Source: Naegleria gruberi (Eukaryota). From it: a stretch of DNA of 64,000 bases. Below, piece after piece: positions 21,385-30,213 of this stretch. Position numbers and translations under genes: made by a program. Position 1 is the stretch's first letter, and the number at the start of each line of letters is the position of its first letter. The notes below the pieces were generated by a model. That model was not told where the DNA came from and made no database searches. It saw only the letters and a list, made by a program, of their open reading frames with translations. The stretch lies in NCBI GenBank assembly GCA_000004985.1, contig GG738872.1. One strand, given 5' to 3'.

Positions 21385-23883
21385 ATGGAAGATAAATCTG
21401 CAATACATAACGATAACTATCAGGGGAGTGCTGTCGTTCTTGCTCGACTCAACAAACGGTCTTCTTCTATTGTTATTGGACATCAATCTAGTGATGACGA
21501 CATATCGATAGATGCAGAAGAGAATAGAAATAGCTCTCCCTTTTATAAATCTGTAAAGTTTTCGCTCTTAATGTTGGTAGGAGCTTCAGTACTACTCACA
21601 GTTGTACTTTTAACATTAATATGGATACCAACTTTTAGTTCTAGTATTTATACCCTAAGTGAAGCCAATAGGCTCAAAGAATTTAACTCTATAGTTTCCT
21701 TTGTTTCACAAACTGTGCGAGAGATTGTGATGGTTTCAGAGTCAAGTAAAAATTTGCTCAAATATGACTTTAATGTATCAGATGTGTCTGTAGTCGAACG
21801 AGCCATGTACCAAATTTATAAGAGCGAACAAAAATTTCACAAAGGCTTAACCTATTCGACCTACATTGGTGATTCATTTGGCAATTTGGTTGGCATTGTT
21901 GACTTGAATGGAAAGCACATGTTTGTACTTGTAGATAGTAACAACACGCAGTTATTTGAGTGTGTAGATATTTGGAAAAATGATTTGTGTGTTAGATCGC
22001 AAACACCCAACACCAGTGCACCAAGATTGGACATGAGTGTTGTTGTGGAGAGAGGGACCTTATTCTTAAACTCGCCCTCCTTCACTCTAAGCTATGTAGA
22101 TTCAAGGTTTCCCTACACTGTCTATATTACATTAGTGAATAGTGTGAGTAAGGCTGAAGATGCTTCCCTAGGAATTCCCTTTTCATTTTATTTTGGTTAT
22201 GATATCTCAACGACACGAATTTCGAACTATCTCAATAGTGAATCCTCAGATATACCCAACTCATTGGCCTACATTCTAGAGTCATCAACAGGCAATATTA
22301 TTTCCAGTAGTTTCAATGATTTTTACTATGGAACACCAAATGCTAGATCCTCAATTACTAATTTCCCAGGTGGAGGAAGAAATAAGTATATTGCGGAGAC
22401 TATTCTCGGCAACTTGAATTCAAACATTAGAAATCTGAGGTGTGGTGAGCAGTTGTTTCTCTCACCAGGTGATGAATACATAACAGCCCACAGAATTTGC
22501 CTCGAAGAGAACATTGATTGGATTATTGTTTTTGCAGTGAAACAATGGACCTATGTTTCTACAATGGTTGTGGCAATTGTGGTTGCTCTTGTTGCAAGTA
22601 CAGTTGTTACAATTATTGGATTCATCATTGGAATTTTCTTTTCTTTGAAAATGGTGGAGCCATTCGACTCTCTCATTGCAATGGTCAGGTCCGTCTCTTA
22701 TATGGACTTTGCTCTTCCAAAGATTGAACCATCCTTCTTCTCTGAATTGTCAGATTTACAACAAAACTTTTTACTCATGATTAGTAAAATTAAGAGCTAC
22801 AGAGCCTTCATTCCAAGTCACCTTCTTTCAGAATTGGATGCTCCTAATGAGAAGGCTCTTGTGGAGGATATTCAAAATAAGAAACCATCTGGAAATTTGG
22901 TGAGAAGACTCTCCTCTTCAAAGAGATTATCTCAGGGAGCACTAAGGAAGACTATGGTATTTGCACAGAAGGATAGATTTGCTCTCGGATTGGAAGACAG
23001 ATGTATCAGCCAAGTCTGTATTTACATTCAAGGATTCAAAACAATAACAGAAGATTGTGATTTGAAAGACATTGTCTTTTTATTGGGAGAAATTTATGAT
23101 TCCCTTATAAAGACAAGCAAAACCACAGGAGGTCAAATTGGATTATTCGAAAATAACTTGGTAACCATGTCTTGGAACGCAACAAAGGATCAACCAAAAC
23201 ATGAACTTAAGGCACTAAGCACAGCAACCTCATTCTTACAAAAAATTAACATTATCAAAGAAACCAGATGGAGATCGTATGAAGTCTTCAGAACATTCCC
23301 AAAACTCTTAGAGAATATTCATTTTAGAGTATCAGTTTCATCCCAATTGTGTCAGTGTGGTAATATTGGTACTGAAGAATTTAAGAGTTTTACAATCCTA
23401 GGAAGTATACAAAAGAACCTTTTCAGTCTTGTAAATATTGCAAAACAATTCAATCTTGGAGTGTTAGTGACTGAAGATATTCACTCTGCATGTGTAACAA
23501 ATTTTACAATGAGATATATTGAAAATGTAGACCTCGCTGTAGATGTAAGAAGGGCAAGAAATAATTTTGCAGAACCTCTCAAACAAAAAAGCACAAAACT
23601 ATATGAAGTTGGAGAAAGTACAGCTGTTAATATTGATGAGTGGATGTACGAGCTTCAAGAAAAGGAAAAGAAGGAAAGGTGGTTAAATTACAATAGAGCT
23701 ACCTTGTCCTTCTTTGAAAAGGATTACAATGAAGCAATTACATTAATGGATGAATTTTTGAAAAAGTTTCCAGATGATTTACCAGCACTTCACTTTAAAG
23801 CAAAATGTTATTCATACTTGGGAAACATCTCTCATGTTGAATCTCTAGAGGTATTAAGAAAGAACAGTTTCAAAGATAAATAA
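21385..23883 (+). CDS. receptor-type class III nucleotidyl cyclase-homology protein (TM - ectodomain - TM - cyclase-like domain - TPR-like tail); catalytic residues appear substituted
   Basis: ATG at 21385. TM1 is at about 21565-21640, followed by an ectodomain of about 290 aa and TM2 at about 22516-22650. The cyclase-homology domain (about 23000-23500) aligns with the class III pattern: VCIYIQGFKTIT against V.ILFSDIVGFT, and RVSVSSQLCQCGNIGTEEFKSFTILGSIQKNLFSLVNIAKQ..LGVLVTEDI against [42 protein letters not shown]. The metal-binding Asp positions are replaced. Confidence 0.6.
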   Translation: MEDKSAIHNDNYQGSAVVLARLNKRSSSIVIGHQSSDDDISIDAEENRNSSPFYKSVKFSLLMLVGASVLLTVVLLTLIWIPTFSSSIYTLSEANRLKEFNSIVSFVSQTVREIVMVSESSKNLLKYDFNVSDVSVVERAMYQIYKSEQKFHKGLTYSTYIGDSFGNLVGIVDLNGKHMFVLVDSNNTQLFECVDIWKNDLCVRSQTPNTSAPRLDMSVVVERGTLFLNSPSFTLSYVDSRFPYTVYITLVNSVSKAEDASLGIPFSFYFGYDISTTRISNYLNSESSDIPNSLAYILESSTGNIISSSFNDFYYGTPNARSSITNFPGGGRNKYIAETILGNLNSNIRNLRCGEQLFLSPGDEYITAHRICLEENIDWIIVFAVKQWTYVSTMVVAIVVALVASTVVTIIGFIIGIFFSLKMVEPFDSLIAMVRSVSYMDFALPKIEPSFFSELSDLQQNFLLMISKIKSYRAFIPSHLLSELDAPNEKALVEDIQNKKPSGNLVRRLSSSKRLSQGALRKTMVFAQKDRFALGLEDRCISQVCIYIQGFKTITEDCDLKDIVFLLGEIYDSLIKTSKTTGGQIGLFENNLVTMSWNATKDQPKHELKALSTATSFLQKINIIKETRWRSYEVFRTFPKLLENIHFRVSVSSQLCQCGNIGTEEFKSFTILGSIQKNLFSLVNIAKQFNLGVLVTEDIHSACVTNFTMRYIENVDLAVDVRRARNNFAEPLKQKSTKLYEVGESTAVNIDEWMYELQEKEKKERWLNYNRATLSFFEKDYNEAITLMDEFLKKFPDDLPALHFKAKCYSYLGNISHVESLEVLRKNSFKDK

Positions 23884-23979
23884 CATACTACTACTAGGTT
23901 GACAGCTAAAGAATCTGATGTGCAACAAATCAACAAGTGATTTGTGAAAATAAACAATAAGGATCTCACATCATAAAAA

Positions 23980-26820
23980 ATGGGTAAACATCAAGACAGC
24001 ACTGCATCATCTGCTCCCAATAATCTGTCTTCCAGTTGGAAGATTTGTATGGTGTTGATTTTCTCCGTTATTTTATTTAATTTATTACATGGTGTGAAAT
24101 CTTCATCCGATCCAACAACTACCACCACAATTACTGCCAATGATTTTATTAGAACAATAGCAACAGAACAATATGATCGAACATTGTTACCTACTAGAAG
24201 AAATCAAGCAAGTGTCATGTCTCTGATGCTTCCTAAATTCATTAACATTCAACCATCAGGTCTTCAAAATTCCTTTCCCTATAAACTCTTCCTCTACAGA
24301 GAGAATGAACAACAAGACTCAACACAGGAACAACAACAGAAGGTTAGATTGGATGGTTTTCCACTCTTGTTCATTCCACAGGCACAACATGGATCCTATG
24401 CAGATGCCAAATCACTTGCATCAACTTTATATGAATTGAATGGACATTCAGAATATAGAAAAGAGGTCTATACTCAAGCTAGTTATATTCATCAAATGAC
24501 CAATGACATGACCTCTTCCAATAGATTTGGTTTCAATGACACCAATGATAAATCATCAGAAGAAAAGAATGATGAAGGTCAATTGATTGGATTTGATGTT
24601 TTCACAATTGACTTTAATGATGGAGAATGGAGTAATTTTCACAGTGGACTTCAAAAGAGACAAGAGGAATACATTAAACAAATTGTAGAGTTTATTCTAA
24701 AGGGACTTTATAAGGGATATCACAACAAGTTAATGATTGTTTCGTATAATAGTGAGCATGGATTTGAGAAAGTTTCGGATAGTGTTTATTTGGCTGTTAC
24801 AATTCAAGCTGGAAATGGAAAGATTTTGTGGAATATGCCAGGAAAGGAAAAGAAGGAAGTTAAAATTCCTGAAATGATTAACATTTTGGGAACTAGTACC
24901 ATTCCACATATTTTCTCAAATATGGACAAGTCTGCAATGAGATGGACTAAACAATTGCAACAAGTTTTGGCAAGTATTTTGCTTAGTATTGGAAATTCAG
25001 GTGCCAATTCTGAACATGGCAATTTGGACATGTCTGTAGAGGATAGAGATTTGATCATTTCACAATATCTTTCTCTCAAAACCAATTCAATTCCAGATTC
25101 TCTCTTGTGGGACGACTATGCAGCCAAGAGAGAAAATGTTAAGAAGGTTACACTCGGTAATAAGGAAATTGTCGAGTTGAGTCTTGGAAAGATTGAAACT
25201 GTTAAATTTGGAAATCAAAAGGTCTTGTATTACATGTTGAATACTGATGCTTTGCAAGAGGAGGTCAATACCATCTATATTTTCACAAACTTCTTCAGAC
25301 ACGAAGTGGATATCTTTATGAGCGAGGACCATAAAGTGGGTGGAGAAGATAATGGACCTACTGTCGTCTCTAAATCAATTTTCAAACTCTACAAGCAACA
25401 AATTACAATGTTGCCTTACTTGGAAACTGATGAAGATCATTTGGAAAGATACAATTCCAATCAACAAGTTGCCAAGGTCATGATTAAGATTCCTAATATT
25501 AAGGATCAAGTTGCTAAGAGAAAGATTTATGTGAGACTCACTAGTTTGTATACCAATGAAGAATTATCAATGGGAGCTGAGGAATCCTATCCGGATCGTT
25601 ACTTGGTTGCCTCTTCTCATCCAGGAACATGGAAGGAAACATCAAAGAACTTTATCAAACCGCATGTCATTGAGAATACTAGTGATTTATCTGTTGATTT
25701 CTGGAAGAGCGGTGTTAGTGTTAAATCTCCAAGTCCATACATTGTTTTGACTCATTTACCATTGACCTACTCTTACAAAATGTCAGTGATTAATACTCAC
25801 TGCTCTGATTTGTATCCAGTTGTGCAATTCCATTATGGTAGCATGTTTGAGTTTGAATCTCAATATATTCCATTGAGATATTGTGGAGAAAATATCATTG
25901 ATCTTCAATTCCTCAATTTGACTGACATTTCCGATAGAAATGATGAGAAATTGAAGGGAATTGCCGTCTACTTTTTGAATACCAATGAAAATCAAACAGA
26001 ATTTGAAGTGAGCTTCAAGGTAGATTTGGAAGAATCTTTCATTCACACCATTACCACTCAACATCTTCACACATTGGCTTGTGATATCTTTGTCATTGTT
26101 GTCATATTGCTTGCTTTCGAACATTTGAAATTGTCTCCAATTGTCTCATCCATTCTAATGCTCATTTTGTGTCCAGCAATTGCCTTCTTGCAATATCTCA
26201 CTATGGGTAAAGTTTTATACATTACCGACATGAGCTTGATTAATTTGAGTGTTTGCTTGATTTATTCATGGGTTGCTGTCTTGTTGGTCATTCTTGCATT
26301 GAGAATTATCACTCTAGTTTTTGGAGTGGCTGCAAAACTCATTCCTTCCTCTTTTGTAATGGCCATTTCTGTTGCTCTCTTCACAGCAAGTTTTGCTTTT
26401 GATCCAGCTCTTCCTTTCACTCTCTTGACATTCATTTATATTTTCAAACATTCATCTCAATCAAACATGACAAGTGTCTTGTACATGTTAGTTTCCTTAG
26501 TATTAATGGGTCCAAGTACTTTTGCTTTTATTAAGGAATGGAATTATTGGATTGAATTGAAGAAACCAACACAAACCATCTTTTCAGTTTTACCTGCATC
26601 TGTCTTGACAAGAGTTTGCTCACCAATCATGTTGATTCCATTCTATTTGAATGCATTGGAATTGAGATGGTTAAAGGTGAAATCATTTGGAAATTTGGTT
26701 GGCTTGTTGACTTTATTGAGTGGAATTTTGTTGGCAATTGTGGCCAAGATTGAAACGTATTATATTATTCCAGTGTTGGCATTTGTTGTCATTTTGAATG
26801 TTGTTTCGACCAGAAATTAA
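23980..26820 (+). CDS. hypothetical large membrane glycoprotein: signal peptide, ectodomain of about 640 aa, and a C-terminal 7-9 TM bundle
   Basis: ATG at 23980. The N-terminus has an internal hydrophobic signal (ICMVLIFSVILFNLL). There are many N-x-S/T sites. The last roughly 300 aa contain 7-9 hydrophobic helices (LACDIFVIVVILLAF, IVSSILMLILCPAIAFLQYL, and so on). Confidence 0.55.
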   Translation: MGKHQDSTASSAPNNLSSSWKICMVLIFSVILFNLLHGVKSSSDPTTTTTITANDFIRTIATEQYDRTLLPTRRNQASVMSLMLPKFINIQPSGLQNSFPYKLFLYRENEQQDSTQEQQQKVRLDGFPLLFIPQAQHGSYADAKSLASTLYELNGHSEYRKEVYTQASYIHQMTNDMTSSNRFGFNDTNDKSSEEKNDEGQLIGFDVFTIDFNDGEWSNFHSGLQKRQEEYIKQIVEFILKGLYKGYHNKLMIVSYNSEHGFEKVSDSVYLAVTIQAGNGKILWNMPGKEKKEVKIPEMINILGTSTIPHIFSNMDKSAMRWTKQLQQVLASILLSIGNSGANSEHGNLDMSVEDRDLIISQYLSLKTNSIPDSLLWDDYAAKRENVKKVTLGNKEIVELSLGKIETVKFGNQKVLYYMLNTDALQEEVNTIYIFTNFFRHEVDIFMSEDHKVGGEDNGPTVVSKSIFKLYKQQITMLPYLETDEDHLERYNSNQQVAKVMIKIPNIKDQVAKRKIYVRLTSLYTNEELSMGAEESYPDRYLVASSHPGTWKETSKNFIKPHVIENTSDLSVDFWKSGVSVKSPSPYIVLTHLPLTYSYKMSVINTHCSDLYPVVQFHYGSMFEFESQYIPLRYCGENIIDLQFLNLTDISDRNDEKLKGIAVYFLNTNENQTEFEVSFKVDLEESFIHTITTQHLHTLACDIFVIVVILLAFEHLKLSPIVSSILMLILCPAIAFLQYLTMGKVLYITDMSLINLSVCLIYSWVAVLLVILALRIITLVFGVAAKLIPSSFVMAISVALFTASFAFDPALPFTLLTFIYIFKHSSQSNMTSVLYMLVSLVLMGPSTFAFIKEWNYWIELKKPTQTIFSVLPASVLTRVCSPIMLIPFYLNALELRWLKVKSFGNLVGLLTLLSGILLAIVAKIETYYIIPVLAFVVILNVVSTRN

Positions 26821-26896
26821 TAATGAAATAAAAATCTTAATTTTTTTAAGGATTATTAGAATCGATAATGTTATTATTTCAATCAACTAATTACGT

Positions 26897-27619
26897 TTAT
26901 TGAGAAGCAGATGATGAATTTGATGATGAATTATTAGCAGCAACTTCAGAAGAAAGTAATTGATCGAACCAATAATCATTGACAACTCTCTTTGATTTGG
27001 TCAACAAGGTTTGCAATTCTTTCAAGCTCTCTACTTGCTCGTCAATTAATCTTTGAAGGTACCCAGTTAATGCAAAGTCCTTTTGTTGTTCAGCTCTGTG
27101 ATACAAGTGTGAAATTTTATCATAAACCATTCTTTCAGTTTCGATTGCCAATTCGAACCCTTTAGTAGCCATATGTAATTGACCAGTACTATCACTTGAA
27201 TCAAAAACGTCTGCAAACTCAGGTGGTGCATTGATCACAGTGAATTTAACCTTTCCTCCTCTAGAATTTTGATAATTAATCAAAGATTGAGCATGTGTTC
27301 TTTCTTCACTTGCCTGGTTGTGGAAATAACTTGCAACACCTGGCAAGGCAATAGTTGGCTGAGCAAAATAAGTTGCCAATGCTGTGTAAAAGTAACTAGC
27401 ATTCAATTCATGATTAATTTGTTCATTGACAAGTTTTTCACATTCAACAGTGTAATTGTAACGAATCTTGTTGAGAGTTGGATTAGAATTGTCGAGTTGG
27501 AAGGATTGGGAGTGGAAAGAACGAAGGGATGTTGTTGATGAGAAAAAGTTGGTTGTATGGGTGTTTCTGATTGACTTCGTGGTCAATTGGGTGAGAATTC
27601 GTCTAGTGTTGTTGATCAT
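26897..27619 (-). CDS. ferritin (ferroxidase, ferritin-like diiron fold) with predicted mitochondrial presequence
   Basis: ATG at 27619. The H-ferritin core matches well: QINHELNASYFYTALATYF.., SEERTHAQSLINYQNSRGGKV, ATKGFELAIETERMV. The N-terminal 40 aa are rich in Arg/Ser/Thr and lack acidic residues (MINNTRRILTQLTTKSIRNTHTT..). The C-terminus has an Asn/Ser-rich tail. Confidence 0.8.
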   Translation of the reverse strand: MINNTRRILTQLTTKSIRNTHTTNFFSSTTSLRSFHSQSFQLDNSNPTLNKIRYNYTVECEKLVNEQINHELNASYFYTALATYFAQPTIALPGVASYFHNQASEERTHAQSLINYQNSRGGKVKFTVINAPPEFADVFDSSDSTGQLHMATKGFELAIETERMVYDKISHLYHRAEQQKDFALTGYLQRLIDEQVESLKELQTLLTKSKRVVNDYWFDQLLSSEVAANNSSSNSSSASQ

Positions 27620-27927
27620 TTTTTTTGTTAGTTTTGATCTCTGTCAATCAAGGATGTTGCAAAGATGACGACATCTTTGAGGATCACTTTACAATGTATA
27701 CCTTTAGAAAATTTTGAATGTGAATATTTAAATTTACTTAAATATTATTTTAATTAACTTAATCAGCAAATTAATTTTGTGAATCTTCATAGAATTATCA
27801 AAATAAATTGTAAATCCAAATCATCATTGAAGGATATTCCAAGTTAGTTGAATTCCAAACCAAACCACCCATACTGTAAGGTAAAACTATTTCACTTTTG
27901 AACAATAGATTGTTCAAAATGGTACTT

Positions 27928-29820
27928 TTACACTCTATTTTCTGGAACTACATTGTGATGACGAATGAGCAATTTGGTAGGTGAAGAAACAATGGCAATA
28001 TTATTGGGTGATCTTGGAGCAGAGACAGAATCTCTTGTCTTGTAAAATTTCTCAGTTTCCAAAGTCTCCAACAATGGGATAAACACAAAGTAAACAATAA
28101 TTAAAAAGCAAACTAATACATCGCAACAAATAAAATTCACAACGTTGAAAAAGCGAACCAGAACATCATAAAGTAATGAGGTTGGCTCTACATTAATGGA
28201 TTGAATGATAGTAAAGAGAACCTCACCACTTTTCCCGAATATTCCAAAAACTGTGAAAAAGCATGTAATGATGATTTGACATGCCAGAACTTTCCTCTTT
28301 AACCTCTTGTTAATTAACTTTCTATAGAGCTTGACACTGTAAAAGTTAAAGGTAATGAAAAATGAAAAATAGAAGGAAATGTAAATAAGGAGAGAACTCA
28401 ATGGAAATGCACAATAACCTCCATATCGTGTCAAGTGACTATAAATAAACTCTAATTTGTGATGTTGAATATTATAGCTTAACACTACATCAACAATAAT
28501 TGAAGCTATTTGAAGAATAGTAAAGAATGAAGTTAGAATGAGTGTACGTATGAAAATGTTGGTGTTTTCCTTTCTGACATTGATGGTAAGATGGGTTCTT
28601 TGGAATTCTTGGACGGACGGTGCATTATTCTTGATAAAGCTTTGCCCATGGTCTCTAGATCTTGGTGATATTTGGATTGGTTCCTCCTTATTACTGCTTG
28701 AATCACTTCGAGGAGATTTGTGAGAGTGTGATTCGGATTTTCTTCTAGAATGATTTCTATCAGAGGTAGATGGTGGCCTTTCTACAATATTTTTACTCGC
28801 AGAGCTAGATCTAAGTAGGGGTTTTACAGACCCATCATCTATTGTAACACCAGTCAAGTGATTATTCTCAGGCAAGTCAAGTTTAGATTCCTCATCAACG
28901 ACAACATCCACCACAGAGGTAGACCTAGCAAGTTTTGGTTTCTTATCTTTTAACTCTTCATCTTCTGCTGCAGTTGTTGTGGTAGCAGCAGCTATTGAAA
29001 CCTTGCTTTTAGGTACTGTTTTTGTAAAGTGAGTATCAGTTTTCTTACTAGGAGTGAGTGTATGACTAAGGATGAATAGCACTGAACATGTAGCAAGTAC
29101 AAATCCGAAAAATTCGAAAGGTTGTATTATTCTACATGCAATGTTATTAGAAATACTGGAAGAGTCATAACTGGTATTTGGATTCTTAATTTCAGTCCAC
29201 CAAGGTTGTTGAAACAGTAATACTAGAATACCAAAGAAGGAATGCACAATAGCACCCAGAAGAGCAATAACTCTCGAAGGCCACAATGATAAGAAATAAT
29301 TCTTTCTATTTCTTATCAGTACAATTAGAGTAATCAGGTAAAAGAGCAAGGTGAGTGTACAAATACTAACTCCCACATATTCCAGCACTGAATCAACTGT
29401 TTGCATACTCTCCGATGCTTCCTTATCATCTGTTATATTGAAAGGTATTGATAAATCCTGTTTTGAAGTTGGAAAATAATTGAAAATGTTAGAAGTTGTT
29501 GTAGTTATTAAATTATCATGTTGATGTGAAGATGAAGAAGAAGATGAAAATATCGAAAATACTGATTCTAATGATGATTGATCTTGTTGTATTAAATTAT
29601 TTAAATTAGCAGCAATATGGTTGTATGAAGAAGAACCCGACGAGAATGAACTCTCTAATTCCTTCTGCCTATAATCACTCTTTGTTATCCACGGTGATAC
29701 TGATGATGATGATGATAAGAAGTCCTTCAGAGATGATACTGCCCCCACCACTGAAGATGATGCCGATAGAAAATCACCAACGGCTTGCCTCAGCAGCAGC
29801 AACATTGTACTATCAGCCAT
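27928..29820 (-). CDS. 7TM receptor-like membrane protein with Ser-rich N-terminal ectodomain and a third intracellular loop of about 170 aa
   Basis: ORF 27928..29853; the first ATG (MADSTM) is at 29820. There are seven hydrophobic helices (3 + long Ser/Lys/His-rich loop + 4). I recognise no known family. Confidence 0.5.
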   Translation of the reverse strand: MADSTMLLLLRQAVGDFLSASSSVVGAVSSLKDFLSSSSSVSPWITKSDYRQKELESSFSSGSSSYNHIAANLNNLIQQDQSSLESVFSIFSSSSSSSHQHDNLITTTTSNIFNYFPTSKQDLSIPFNITDDKEASESMQTVDSVLEYVGVSICTLTLLFYLITLIVLIRNRKNYFLSLWPSRVIALLGAIVHSFFGILVLLFQQPWWTEIKNPNTSYDSSSISNNIACRIIQPFEFFGFVLATCSVLFILSHTLTPSKKTDTHFTKTVPKSKVSIAAATTTTAAEDEELKDKKPKLARSTSVVDVVVDEESKLDLPENNHLTGVTIDDGSVKPLLRSSSASKNIVERPPSTSDRNHSRRKSESHSHKSPRSDSSSNKEEPIQISPRSRDHGQSFIKNNAPSVQEFQRTHLTINVRKENTNIFIRTLILTSFFTILQIASIIVDVVLSYNIQHHKLEFIYSHLTRYGGYCAFPLSSLLIYISFYFSFFITFNFYSVKLYRKLINKRLKRKVLACQIIITCFFTVFGIFGKSGEVLFTIIQSINVEPTSLLYDVLVRFFNVVNFICCDVLVCFLIIVYFVFIPLLETLETEKFYKTRDSVSAPRSPNNIAIVSSPTKLLIRHHNVVPENRV

Positions 29821-30213
29821 TTTTCTTTTCTTTTTGGCGCCAATTACTACCAAAATGTAACTGCTTTCTCCAAAATGTTCAACTAGCCGTTATCGAGTTT
29901 TTCTCCTATAGCTAAAACGAACGTTTAACTTTAAGGATATAAGAAAATATATTCACAGCTGAATGATCACACCTTTGCAAAGTGTTATTAGATGAAGGTT
30001 CATTATTTTATAAAAGGATCAAGAAGTGAATCAACTCTAAATTGGCTCTGGTCTTTTTCAAGCGAATATCCCCACAATATTATCAAAAGAAGATTGAAGA
30101 TAAGAATAAATTCATAACAATAACCAATAGATAGCACAATCCATTGGCCACACATAATGAACCTTGATCAAGTGAGTGCCGAAGAAGAAATTTCTTAACA
30201 ACAATAAGAAAAA

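Noticed and set aside
27130-27160. tRNA-like T-arm sequence aattcgaaccc
   Set aside because: It lacks the GTTCGA core and any flanking acceptor or anticodon structure, and it lies inside the ferritin CDS. No convincing tRNA or rRNA was seen anywhere in the window.
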